In this document: piece by piece, positions 13,772 to 26,310 of the stretch
How the letters are laid out: each line of letters starts with the position of its first letter
How positions within the stretch are numbered: position 1 is the stretch's first letter
Source: Octopus sinensis
Taxonomy: Eukaryota
DNA length: 47,015 nt
Direction of reading: 5' to 3'
NCBI RefSeq assembly: GCF_006345805.1
Contig: NW_021834638.1
Span: 1 to 47,015, forward strand
Notes under the pieces: model-generated
Told to the model about the DNA's origin: nothing
What the model saw: only the letters and a program-made list of their open reading frames with translations
Databases searched by the model: none
Made by a program: the position numbers and the translations under genes

Positions 13772-15620
13772 CAGGTGTCCTTTTGATCCCAAAAGATGAA
13801 CATTGCACGCTGTTGTTTCGGACACTTCTCCTGGAGTTGACGGGCACAAACGATCATATCAATTGTGCCTCGAGAAGTTCGAATACCACACTGAGACTCA
13901 GGGAGTACGTTTTCCGCGAGGATGAGGAAGCGATTGGGTAGGATACGGGTGAAGATCTTACTTCCAATACTCAAGAGAGATGTCCCGATAGTTGTTGCAA
14001 TCCTCTCAGTCTCCCTGCTTGAAGATGGTGATGATAGTTGCATCGCGGAAGTCGTTCGGGGGGGGGGGTTCTTGCTTTTCCAGATCCTGATGATAAGGAG
14101 CATCAAATGATTTGTCAGCTGAGGACCTCTGTGCATGAAAAACTCAAACGGGATGTTGTCTGGTCCTGGAGCTTTCTCGGGCATCATGTGCGCAAGTGCT
14201 TTGTTGATCTCATGGCTTGAGGGTGGCAGGGACATCCGATTGCGGATGGGGAGCTGTGGGGTGTTTTGGAGGAGATCATCAGGAGTGCGTATGTGGTCGT
14301 TAAGTATGCACTCGAAATGGGACTTCCAGCGATCGAGGTTTCCATGGGTGTCGGTTATAGTAGAGCCAGCTGCGTTCTTCAGGTCATCCACTAATGACCT
14401 TGTAGGGCCGAAGATCTTGGTTGCAGCATAAAAGCTGTGCAATGGTCCAGATAGTTTTGAGTCTCCCATGCCACAGATATTATGAGCTTCTCAAATCCCT
14501 CGCTGGCATTCCGTTGATGCTTGCTGGTGTTTACTTTTGTTCTCCGCAGTGGCATGGTTCTCGGAATTTGGTTTCGAAAACATGGGAGATGGTTTCATCA
14601 TTCTCGTCAAACCAGTCTTGGTCCTTCTTTCGGGCAAGGCCGATTTCCTCCTCGGCGACAGCGGTCATGGCTTCACGAAGGCTGGTCCAGCGATTCTCAA
14701 TAGAGGTTGGCTCTGGGAGGTTCATCAGATGTATCTCAATAGATTCCCTGAAGTCTTGGGATGCCTATGAGATCCGGTGTTTGGCGCAATCGGAGCGTCA
14801 ATACGGGATACTTCCTGTGACCCGCTTTGGTGGACTGCAGATGTGATGGTAAGAAATAAGAAGGCGGTGGTCCATCATCTGTATCAGGCATGGAGCGGGT
14901 GATACGTACATCTCCTCTGTCACTGTCACTGGATCTTGTTAGAAAGTGGTCGAGAATGTACCAGTGTTTAGACAATGGGTGTTTTCAGGTTTTTTTGTCG
15001 GGTAGGGAGACGAAATATGCAGTTGGTCATGACGAGTTCGTGCTCGCCGTAAGGCCCAAGAGGAAATAGCCATTGGCATTGCATTTCCCAATGGCGTGGT
15101 GACCAAGAATGCCATTCCACAAACAATGGTCACTGCCGACTCTGCCGTTAAAGTTCCCCAGCACGACGTGTTTGTCATGTGCAGGTACTGTCTGGATGGT
15201 GCGGTCTAGCAGGTTGTAGAACGAAGCTTTGATGTCGTCTTCAGATGTGAGTGTAGGGGCATACACAGATATCAGCCTAAGGAATCTGTCCCGAAAGAGT
15301 GAGATCCGAATAGTCATCAGGCGCTAACTGACAGCAGTTGGGACGAGTCTGTGTTGATCCAAGAGTTGCGTTTTGATGGCAAAGCCAACTCCATGGATGC
15401 GTGGTTCATTAGCATTCTTCCCCTTCCAAAATATGGTGGATTTGGAGCCAGCTTCTCTGATGCTGCCTTCTCCAGGAAGCCTAGTCTCGCTCAAGTCTGC
15501 CACATCGATGTTGAAGCCGTCAAGTACCTTGCTGACGTGGGCTGTATGTCACTCTGTTCGATTAATGTCACTCTTGTCCTGAAGTGTGCGGATGTTCCAG
15601 GCCACGAAATTGAGAAGTTG
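13772..15620 (-). pseudogene. Disrupted APE-RT ORF of RTE LINE
   Basis: ORF pieces 15027..15317, 14939..15178, 14736..14975, 14531..14725 and 13771..14469 are collinear with an RTE ORF. Confidence 0.88.
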
Positions 15621-16115
15621 TGAAACAGAGGATTTAATTGAGTTCAGACCGCTAAGTGGGAGGTCCGCCAGCAACGGTATGCTGGCTAGATCGAGTTGCC
15701 GTGTCCGATGTTTACACCACCTTTTCTAGGGTCTTCCCCTTGAGGGGTGGGCTGCGGCTATCCTAAGGGCCCAGCCCAGTCACGACTCTAGCTGCCGAAC
15801 TCCAATATCACGGCTATTCACTGGAGAGCGACTGAGATCCGCCGCCAATGTGTGGTCACGGACTGGAGGCTTTCAGCTTTCCAGACCTGCCTCTGGTCCC
15901 CACGATACCATCGACATTGGGCGTTTTGAGACAGATTAGAAAGATGAAGGAATTCATGGAGTAAATTGTTTATAAGTGATCGTGTAAATAAGTGATCGTG
16001 GCTGCACTTGGCCAGGAATGTCTCCATGGCGGATCAAGTATCAATGGAACACACAATCTTTTGGAATCACTGGAACACGCAAGCTCTTCCACCACAAGGG
16101 ACGACCATCAGAAGA
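13772..16115 (-). mobile_element. RTE-clade non-LTR retrotransposon, 5' UTR retained, 3' half of RT missing
   Basis: AP endonuclease motifs (WNIRTL, ISVYAPT, VLGNFNGRVG) and RT N-terminus (KAPGPDNIP, LPESQCGIRTSRGTIDM, RQLQEKC); frameshifts and stops. Confidence 0.92.
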
Positions 16116-17555
16116 AATATATATGTTTGTGATGTGTGTATGTGCGCTCGTGTGTGTGTGTGTGTGTACGATTATTTATCAATCCGTTATTAACTACTAC
16201 TTGATTACATAGTAGTACTGGAACACCAAGTTTCTCTTGTAAAAGTCAATAAAGTAACAGGAAGTTTCTTCGCCATTGGAATTCTGTTGAAATTTCTTGC
16301 ATAGTTTAGAATCTTGTTGTGCAATCTGTTTTATAGTTCTTGCATTTGCTGCATATAGCTGTTGATATGCAGTATTTGATAAAGTGTTAAAATGAATCAT
16401 GACGAAGGATATACCAAGAGATTAATATCTTCAGTTATCCCAGGAAAATTTCTCGATTAGGATCGTTTAATACTTGTCATGTCTTCATGAAAGAAGTTTC
16501 GTTCTTGAAGACCGGTCTGATTGATGAAATCGAAATTCGGACTACATATTGTATCATCCACTCATCCGGTCGAGCGCCTTGCGCGGCCCAATATACCTCT
16601 TTCAGACTAAGTGACCCGATCAAGTGACACACAACATGGAAGTCTGGCTCGAGTTCTTTTCATATTGGTATCTTAATAACTGAAATTAACTGCGCACGTC
16701 ATATCTACAGCAGTTCGCTAACTGAATTTGTTGAAACTGGCCGTTGGCAGTTTGTTTTCTCTTCATCCGCTCAGTTTCCATTAATTCCATAAATTCATTT
16801 GCCGAATTAATTCGAATTCATCATACTGTTTTCCACGATTTCAACGTACGTTGTTTCTTTTTATTTGTTACCTGTTAGTTATACCACTGCAGAGACGTTA
16901 ACAGGTGCTACTACTAGTCCAAGTAGACCGGCTAAGAAGTTGTTCAGCTCTCCCCAAAACTTTGAATTTCCTTACCAGGGCCTCACTACATGATACGGTT
17001 TTAAAACATACCCAGGATGAGAATCGTGGGAGGGAAAGTAATTGCTGGAGAACTATGGGTTATGTTTGAATACGGGTAATGTTCTAATATACTGTTTACT
17101 ATGGGTAATGTTTGAATAAATTGTTTACCAATAGAGGGATGAGAAGAAACGGAAACACGGTCGTGTAGGTTGGTATTAATGCATGAATTATATAACCTAC
17201 TAGAATCGCTGAGGAAGTAACCGGAAACATAGAAAAGCGCCGAGGATCCATATTCTAAAATGCAATACATTGAGCCAGAAATTGTATCCTATTCGCGGCT
17301 CTATGCATTGATGGAGATGTTGTCCAATATGTTATTCCTAACGTTATTGAATTCTCGTGGAGACATGCTTTGGTGGTATTGTATTCTCGTGTTATTTTGT
17401 TTTGTTAGTGTTTTACACAGCTAGTTCTGTGCTTTGAATGTATTGTTTCCTCGTGGTGCCGTATCCAGGGGACGTTGTTTTTCTAGATGTCATATTCCGG
17501 TGGTATTATATTTTTTGTGTTGTAAAGTTCTGGTGACGCTATATTCTGGAAATCT

Positions 17556-17700
17556 AAGTCGGCGTGTCGGCAGAACCATTAGAATTTCGGAGAAAATACT
17601 TGTCCGAGTGTTTTTACATATTTGTACCCAAATCGAATCAGTGCTAACTTTGCCTTTCATACCCGTAGGGCTTATATTACTAAAGCACGAATCAAGAACT
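17556..17700 (+). mobile_element. Highly diverged SINE family A
   Basis: ggcgtgtcggcagaaccattag...ctaactttgcctttcatacccgtaggg. Confidence 0.6.
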
Positions 17701-18476
17701 GCTAGGTAATGTTGACTAGCCCTCTAGGTTAGAAGCAATCTGTTCTAGAAGAACTGAGACATGTAAGGTTCTCCTAATCTGCAGATTGACCATCTCATTC
17801 ATTTATCGTCTTTCACAAGCTTGTATCATATTTAAGCTGGTAGGATATAATTCAAGGGAGATTCGGCTGTTGTTTCAAGCAGCCACATATATTCTCGTCG
17901 TCTATCAACTCGGTGTTATTTATTCCAGAACTTCTATCTCATCAAACAATAAAAAAACGAACGCTCTCCTCTGTGCCCTGGCAATATATTTAATCTTAGA
18001 ATAACTACAGCGAGTGCAAGTCCAAATGCTACAGATATTAATCTGTGGTTAGCGTTAGATCCTTAAATTTGAATGTTTAGGGTCCTTACTCTAATTAAAT
18101 TGCAATGATGCAGTGCAGAGTGAATCCGAATATCTTTTCTTCTCTTTCTATAATACCCACATTTTTTCTCGTTCATTTTATTTTTCCTGTCCATTCCTAT
18201 TTCTCCCAGTTGGATAATATATTCAACTAAAAAGCATAAGGGGTCGCAGGTTTATATTCAACGTAGGAATAACAATCAGGCTCTGGGTAAGATAATTGAT
18301 TCAAGCTAACTCATTTCACTTATCTCAGGGAATAATATGAGATCTTTTGGGGAATGTTATATACAATCAACTAGAATTCTATCCACAGGGAAATTTATCT
18401 CAAGGATGTAGCTACATGAAAGATTAAATAAACTACAGGCGCACCGAATCCTTGCGGATCATGTGACTGTTTATAA

Positions 18477-18535
18477 GATTATGTATGTATGTATGTATGT
18501 ATGTATGTATGTATGTATGTATGTATGTATGTATG

Positions 18536-18606
<71 letters not shown>
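18477..18606. repeat. (ATGT)n-(ATCT)n microsatellite
   Basis: Direct inspection. Confidence 0.95.
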
Positions 18607-18607
<1 letters not shown>

Positions 18608-18664
18608 CCTCTCTACCTTCCAATAGTAAATATGTAAGCGCACTCGTGTGTATGTATGTATATG

Positions 18665-18965
18665 GGCATCATTATGTAGTTAACTAGCTTGATCTGCAAT
18701 CACGTTGTTTCGAGATCATTCCCACTGCGCGGTACCTGGTCCAATGTACCCGGATTAACCAAATGACCTGTGAGTGAATTTTTTAGACGTCGTACATATG
18801 TGCAAACACACACACACATATATATATATATAAATATACATACATACACACACGCACGCACATATATATGTTTAACTTTGTGTTTGTCATTCATTACAGT
18901 ATGACACCCGTTGTTGCTTTGTTGATGTCCCTGTAGCCTGGCAGTGTGACAGGAGAGTCTCAAAA
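18665..18965 (+). mobile_element. Diverged SINE family B
   Basis: actagcttgatctgcaatcacgttgtttcgagatcattcccactgcgcggtacc resembles the family B head. Confidence 0.6.
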
Positions 18966-19604
18966 ATTAAGTACCACACTTGAATAATTACTTGGGTCGA
19001 ATATCTGAAATAAGAATACGAAAGAAATTATGTGTATTCATCTATCCATATGGTATGATTTAAGTATATCATTGTTGAATTGCTACATGATGGTTCTTCT
19101 CTAATATACATACATAGATACATATATATACATACATACAAACATTCATATATATATGTGTGTGTGTGTGTGTGTTTATACACACACACGCACACATATA
19201 TGCATTCAATATGTATATATGTGCGTGTGTTTGTGTATGTAGGTATATATGTATATATGTATGTATATATGTATACGAGTGTGACAGCTGGTAAAATAGA
19301 AATGACTGTACGTGAGATCGGGATAGAAAGTCTCAAAACAGCGAAAAGCTAGATTCGAACACGAATATACTGAGATTATGTACGTTACGATTGTGTGTTA
19401 GATTCCATTACTAAAGCAAAATATTACTCCCCCCCCCCACTTCTCTTCGTCTTTTATTCCTTTCAGTTGTGTTTTTTACTTCATTATTTAACAATAAATA
19501 CATCCTTTCGAAATTACCCTTTCTTTAGCCTCGCACAACACTCCGGAACGAGGAACATTCACCACAACATTTTTGTTATTATAGTATTATTATTATTATT
19601 ATTA

Positions 19605-19644
<40 letters not shown>

Positions 19645-20089
19645 GTTCGGTATTGTAACGGTCTTGTTATATTTTTTAATGGGGTTGGTGTAGGGTCGCT
19701 GGTATTTTTGTTCAATGTTGTTTTTCTTTGACGGTTTCGGGTAAAAATGCAAAGAAAAAAACACCCCCAAAAAGCCTACAACATACAACAAAAAACCTCA
19801 AGCATACATTGGAGCAAATATTAACAAACAAACAAACAAAATTTTGTACCCCATTCATTGTTTGTTGTGCTGAGATGAGTTGGTGTTCGCTTGTGTGTGC
19901 TGTTAGGTTGTTGTTGTTCTTGATGATGTTGTTACTGGTGTAGTAGTAGTAGTGGCAGTAGTTGTTGTTGTTGATCGTTGTGGTTTGTGTCTATGAAGCT
20001 GTACTTTGTACAGCCACACAGACCCTTATTCATAAACAACTCACCACGTAAGAGTGAGGGAGAGAGAGAGACGTGTGTGTAGATATAAT

Positions 20090-20148
20090 ATATATAAGTG
20101 TTTGCGTGTGTGTGTGTGTGTGCATATACATATAAATATACATACGCA

Positions 20149-20187
<39 letters not shown>

Positions 20188-20333
20188 CCATCCCCACGCT
20201 ATTTATTTCTGCATGTATATATATATATATATATATATATTTCCAACTCTATGAAGCTATGATCATACACGCACATAACATACATAGACGATTTTAGGTA
20301 GATTAGATGAAATACGCAAATGATATATATATA

Positions 20334-20408
<75 letters not shown>

Positions 20409-20453
20409 TATGTATATAATATACATATATATATATGTATGTGTATATATATG

Positions 20454-20498
<45 letters not shown>

Positions 20499-20570
20499 AT
20501 ACACATATGTATACATACATATATACATATATATACATACATATATAAATACATATATATATATACATAT

Positions 20571-20604
<34 letters not shown>

Positions 20605-21567
20605 ATATACATACATATATATCGGAATACACATACAAAATCTACCCAATTCATTGTTTGTTGAATTGCATTGGGTTAGTATTTTGTTGTTTGGTTTAGA
20701 TACATTCTCGTAGTTGTTGCCGTTTGTGTTGTTGTGCCTGCTGTTGCTGTTGCTGTTTTTTTTGGTTTTGTTGTTGTTGTTACTGCTGGCATTGTTGTTG
20801 CTGTTGGAGCTGTTATTATTGTTGTTTGTGTTGTTGTTGTTTGTGTCTATGAAGATGTCTTGCACAGCCATACATAACCTTATTTATATCCATCTCACTC
20901 GCTGATATTTGATTTAAAAAGCCATGTACAAGATAACGAAGAAAACCACGGTATAATTCAGTTAGCCAATGTAATTTGCGCACATTGATGACAATAAACA
21001 TTGTTCCGTGGTGTGGGCTGCGTACCGAGGGAAGGGTTGGAAATTAAATTAAGCAAAGAAATGGTAGCGGCTCTGTATTCTATCTATACGTCGCCGTGCG
21101 TTGGTATTCAGTATGTACTTATCTGTATCTCTACATATGTATGTATCTGTGATCGTGTGTTCAGATGAAGGGGAAATTTTTTTTATGTATTTTATTTGTA
21201 GTGAAATGATAGTGAGAGTGGTCATGTGAAGGCTGAGTAATTTTTGCGCTTCTCTATACTAAAGAATAACTCTGCCACAGCATTAGTTTACATCAAGGAA
21301 TCTAACATAAAAACAAGACAATATAAACAGTTGGTAAAAACCTTTCATCATAAATAGGTTTGTATCGATAACGATTTCGACATTTTCAATCCGCCATGTT
21401 ACAAACTCTTGGCCGAATGCTTGTTCATTTTTATCGCCTGGCTAGCATATACAAGCTTACACAATCACAAACATACATACGCATGTATATATCTATACAC
21501 ACAAACCTAAATTCATGCATATATGTCTGTATGTATATATAATATATATATATATGAATAATATATT

Positions 21568-21601
<34 letters not shown>

Positions 21602-21655
21602 CATACATACATATATATAAATGTACATATGTGTATATATATGTATATGTGTGTA

Positions 21656-21716
<61 letters not shown>

Positions 21717-21828
21717 TAAATATATTATATATGATTTTTATACAACTTTCTACACGCATCTCTGCGTTTTATATACATGCGTACTCGTATATATATTCAT
21801 ACGTGAAACATAATGCATGGATATATGC

Positions 21829-21874
<46 letters not shown>

Positions 21875-22050
21875 TATATATATATATTTGCATTATTTAT
21901 GTGTGTGTCCATATATATTATGTATAAATGTACATGAATGTATATATACACATGTTCATATGTTTATGGTAATATATATAGATACACTCACACATACATG
22001 AAAAAATACATACGTATATATATATATGTGTATGTGTAAGTGCTTGTATG
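20090..22050. repeat. Extended (TA)n/(TACA)n and (GTT)n microsatellite field with short unique interruptions
   Basis: Direct inspection. Confidence 0.85.
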
Positions 22051-22480
22051 TATGTGCGCATACAACTTGAAGTCTTACCCCATGCTACCTTTTTGATATT
22101 AATGTATATTCTGAAGTGTAAATAAAATTGGTCCCAATTCTTGTTACATTTATCTCAGTGCAGTAATCATAGGATCCAACTCAACCGTTTCCAGTTTTAC
22201 TAAATCAACACGAATAAAATATAAAAACGCTCTCTAGACACGCTGTTTCGAAGTATCTCTGTAAAAACCGGAGCCTTATTTGCATCGCAGTACATGCGCT
22301 GACAGCGGGATAGTTTAATTAATTTGATGTGATTTTAGATAATTTGAAATGCAAAATATGCATTTTTTAAAATGGCCTTACAATTTTAGCCTCACTTTGA
22401 AATATAAACGATGTAATTGTTCCATTCTAATTTTATGCACTCGCACACACATACACATTTGTACATACGTAGTGACATAT

Positions 22481-22517
<37 letters not shown>

Positions 22518-22723
22518 ATGTGAAATAGAAAGATGAATAATCTTGTAGTAGATTAATCAAAAGTTTAACCGATACCTTAGTAGCAAAAATCACAGCAGTA
22601 AACCGCACTGTTGGAGGTACAACCATATGGTGTTGCAACCGTGCGTTGGTGGCGGATATTGAAATTAAAAATTATTGTAAATTGAAGAAATGGAGCTGAA
22701 CGCAGATTGAACAGAAATCGTTT

Positions 22724-22817
22724 TATTTCATTCTACACGTGTTTCGAAAGGCACAAATTACCAAAATCCGATTGAATAATGGGACCATATTGTGTCTTTC
22801 TCTTCAGGAAGAAAATA
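22724..22817 (-). ncRNA. Type I hammerhead ribozyme motif (mirror of 23215-23308)
   Basis: Exact reverse complement of the plus-strand motif. Confidence 0.75.
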
Positions 22818-23214
22818 GGAAATCCGTTGGAAAAACAAAAACAGAACAGAGGCGGAGCAAAAACAAATCGAACTATGCTCCTAAGAGCCCATGGCGAAAC
22901 TGTTTATCAGTGTATGTTGAGAACCGGTGGCTGAAGAATTCAACGGGTCAGGCATCGGTCAATCATGTGGTGAGGGTGTGTAGATGTTCTTTGTGACGAG
23001 AATAAAGTTCTGACTATTTAAGGAATATTGGATGTTTTATAAGAGGCGAGAAAAAATCTACTAGAGACTTGTATGTGTGTATACTGTTCTATATATGTGT
23101 GTGTTGCGGTCTCAACATACACTGATAAACAGTTTTCCCATGGGCTCTTAGGAGCATAGTTCGATTTGTTTTTGCTCCGCCTCTGTTCTGTTTTTGTTTT
23201 TCCAACGGATTTCC

Positions 23215-23308
23215 TATTTTCTTCCTGAAGAGAAAGACACAATATGGTCCCATTATTCAATCGGATTTTGGTAATTTGTGCCTTTCGAAACACGTGTAGA
23301 ATGAAATA
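23215..23308 (+). ncRNA. Type I hammerhead ribozyme motif
   Basis: Helix I UAUUUUCUUC/GAAUGAAAUA; core CUGAAGA (23225-31); helix II GAAAG-A-CACAA/UUGUG-C-CUUUC; GAAA; palindromic helix III ACACGUGU; GUA site, cleavage predicted after 23298. Confidence 0.78.
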
Positions 23309-23355
23309 AAACGATTTCTGTTCAATCTGCGTTCAGCTCCATTTCTTCAATTCAC

Positions 23356-23401
<46 letters not shown>

Positions 23402-23943
23402 CATACATATGTACATATATATGTGTGTGTATATATATATATATATGTATGTATGTATTGAAATATTGGGTTAGAACATCCTCGAAGGCAACCTGCAATA
23501 TTTACACGCTATTATTTATTACATTTTTGTGATGTGCTTCGAGATCTACCGTTCCAAGAAATAATTATTTCACATTCTCTGGTAAGTTTATAAATTTCTT
23601 ATGAAGTCAACAAAAATACACACACAAACACACGTACACAAGCACACGCAAACACACACACACACAAGCCCACACACACAAGACACACGCGTATATTTGT
23701 ATGCATATTTATATATATATTCTGCGGTGCGTATATGCGTATCTATATTAATCTCTCATCAAGTACTTCACAAATGATTAATAGCTTATAATTATTTATG
23801 GTGTAGGCACACGAAATCTGATCTAAAACGATCAGCAGATTATTAGTGTATGTATGTACATATGTATGATCGTATGTCTGTACATATGTATACATCTATG
23901 TATATATATCTAAGTATATATAATGTGGTTATATAAGTATATT

Positions 23944-24036
<93 letters not shown>

Positions 24037-24174
24037 AGGCGCGCGCATGGTTCAGTTGAAGCGTCGAACTTACGGTCGAGAGGTTATGAGTTCGCTGGTG
24101 AAGCGACTTTCTGCCTCCACTTTTACCTCGCATGGTCATCGTAACCGACGGAGTTGTTAAGACATATATATACA

Positions 24175-24578
24175 CTTTTACTCATTTACTTGTTTCAGTC
24201 ATTTGACTGCGGCCATGCTGAAGCGCCGCCTTTTAGTCGAGCAAATCGATCCCAGGACTTATTCTTTGTAAGCCCAGTACTTATTCTGTCGGTCTACTTT
24301 GCCGAACCGCTAGGTGACAGGGACATTAACACACCAGCATCAGTTGTCAAGCAATGCTAGGGGGACAAACACAGACACAGAAACATACACACGCACACAC
24401 ATATATACGACCCGCACACACATATGTACGACGGGCTTCTTTGAGTTTCCTTCTACCAAATCCACTCACAAGACTTTAGTCGGCCCGAGGCTATAGTAGA
24501 AGACAATTGCCCAAGGTACCACGCAGTGGGACTAAACTCGGAACCATATGGTTGGTAAGCAAGCTACTTACCACACAG

Positions 24579-24581
<3 letters not shown>
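24175..24581 (-). mobile_element. Full-length tRNA-derived SINE (family B)
   Basis: Reverse strand gives gctgtgtggtaagtagcttgcttaccaacc...ccgagtttagtcccactgcgtgg (A/B boxes), body and tail. Confidence 0.9.
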
Positions 24582-24624
<43 letters not shown>

Positions 24625-24839
24625 ATATATATATATATATATATAATATATATATATATAATGCTAGCTAGGACAGGATGCTTCATTTTGCAATCATATG
24701 TACTTTAAACTACCAAGTAAATAAGGGATTCGAAAGACAATACTGTGACTTACTTTTGTGTTAACAGTGTGTTGCTCTTATATGTAAGTTATCTGGCTCT
24801 CAACATTATAGAGTAATCTGGAGAGTTAAACTTTGAAAT

Positions 24840-24960
24840 GCCTCTATTTAGCTTTGAATTGTTTAGGTCACTAGACTGCAGCCATGCTGGGGCATCGCCT
24901 TGAATTATTTTAGTCGAACGAATTGACCCCAGTAAATTCATTTATATTTTTTAAGCCCAA
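24840..24960 (-). mobile_element. SINE family B 3' fragment
   Basis: gactgcagccatgctggggcatcgcc...gtcgaacgaattgacccc. Confidence 0.7.
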
Positions 24961-25349
24961 TAAGAACCAAAAGATGAAGGAACAACAAAAAGGTGAGTTA
25001 TAGAGTAAACAAATTTTTACAGTGGGAACCGTAGTAAAAACAGGGAGAGAGAAATTGTATTATCAACAATAAAAGGGTAAAATAAATTAATTATTAATTA
25101 ATTTCACCAAGTAGTGTTCAGTATGTAAAAGGACCATTCAAGGTATATTTAAAATATTACGTTATATAATTAGGGCTCAGTAAAATAATATACTTTACCT
25201 GACACTGAAACTTTTAGAAATAGCAGCCAAAAAGTTTTATTAGCTATTTCTTCTACTATAAGAAAAGTCTCCCAGATAGTGTTTACTCAAAAATAATTCA
25301 CGCAGATATGGAGGGAAAAATAACAAATTATCACATGTACAAAGATCAT

Positions 25350-25661
25350 TTGAGAACGTTAACGTTTCTAGATTAGTTGAATTTAAAACTCAACACAATA
25401 CAATTTCTCTCTCTCAGTTTTTACTACGGTTCTCACTGTAAAAATTTGTTAACACGTGGATGGAAGCGGGAGGAATGCAGAGCCTCATTCGTACTTTTTG
25501 AATTTGCTGGTACTGGCAGTTGAAAATGGTTTGTCTGAGATTACTCATATCAGATGGGTATGTTCGATTTTTAGTGCTCTCAAATCCAAATATAAGAAAT
25601 ATTGAGCTGACGAAGGAAGTGTTGAGTTTTAAATTCAACTAATCTAGAAACGTTAACGTTC
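25350..25661. mobile_element. Fold-back element with 43-bp perfect inverted ends made of hammerhead helices II-III
   Basis: 25354-25396 is the exact reverse complement of 25619-25661. Confidence 0.75.
25601..25661 (+). ncRNA. Hammerhead-like motif truncated just after the cleavage site
   Basis: AUUGAG-CUGACGA-A-GGA..GUUGAG/UUCAAC..UCU-A-GAAA-CG-UUAA-CGU-U; the helix I 3' strand (CUCAA) is present only in the inverted left copy. Confidence 0.6.
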
Positions 25662-25889
25662 ACCGTTACCTCCTGCCAGAGCCGCGTGGAACTTAGGTAT
25701 TTTGCTCATAAACACCCACATCACCTGGTTTGCAATTAGAACCCGCGAGACCGCTGCTCTAGCCAATAGGCCATGTGCCTCCACTTACATATACACACAC
25801 ACAGACATACACATACATACACACAGACACACACGCACATTTATGTTGTACGTCTGTATACATAAATATAGGTTATATACACCATGCGT

Positions 25890-26310
25890 AAGGCGGCGAG
25901 CTGGCAGAATCTTTAGCACGGCGGGTGAAATGCTTGACGGTATTTCGTCTGCCGCTACGTTCTGAGCTCAAATTCCGCCGAGGTTGACTTTGCCTTTCAT
26001 CATTTCGGGTTCGATAAATTAAGGACCAGTTACGCACTGGGGTCGATGTAATCGACTTAATCCATTTGTCTGTCCTTGTTTCTCCTCTCTGTGTTTAGCC
26101 CCTTGTGGGTAGTAAAGAAATAGGTATTTCGTCCGTCTTTACTTTTGGAGTTCAAATTCTGCTGAGGTCAACTTTGCCTTTCATCCTTTCTGGATCGATA
26201 AATTAAGTACCAGTTACTCAGTGGAGTCGATGTAATCGACTTAATCCCTTTGTCTGTCCTTGTTTATCTCGTCTATGTTTAGATAAACATATTGTGGGCA
26301 ATAAAGAAAT
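25890..26310 (+). mobile_element. SINE family A with tandem second partial unit (dimer)
   Basis: Full unit to ~26121, then restarts at ggtatttcgtc. Confidence 0.9.

Larger units (their letters stand above)
22680..23352. mobile_element. Fold-back element: ~246-bp near-perfect inverted arms (22680-22926 / 23107-23352), each with a full hammerhead motif; probably Penelope-terminal-repeat derived
   Basis: Arms align with about 2 substitutions and 1 indel; 180-bp spacer; (TA)n at the right flank. Confidence 0.8.

Noticed and set aside
16500-16545. TTGAAGA/CTGATTGA...GAAA motifs and agaccggtct palindrome
   Set aside because: No consistent three-helix fold
17209-17231. CTGAGGA-AGTAACCG-GAAA-CAT-A
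   Set aside because: Helix II and helix I do not pair
17570-17625. Minus-strand YVKTLGQVFSPKF resembling a LINE RT motif
   Set aside because: Sequence is better explained as a diverged SINE on the plus strand
24520-24581. tRNA-like A/B boxes here and at other SINE heads
   Set aside because: They continue into SINE bodies and do not form full cloverleafs; not tRNA genes
25354-25661. piggyBac-type MITE because of TTAA near both ends
   Set aside because: TTAA is internal to the inverted repeat and is loop III of the hammerhead; no CCY termini
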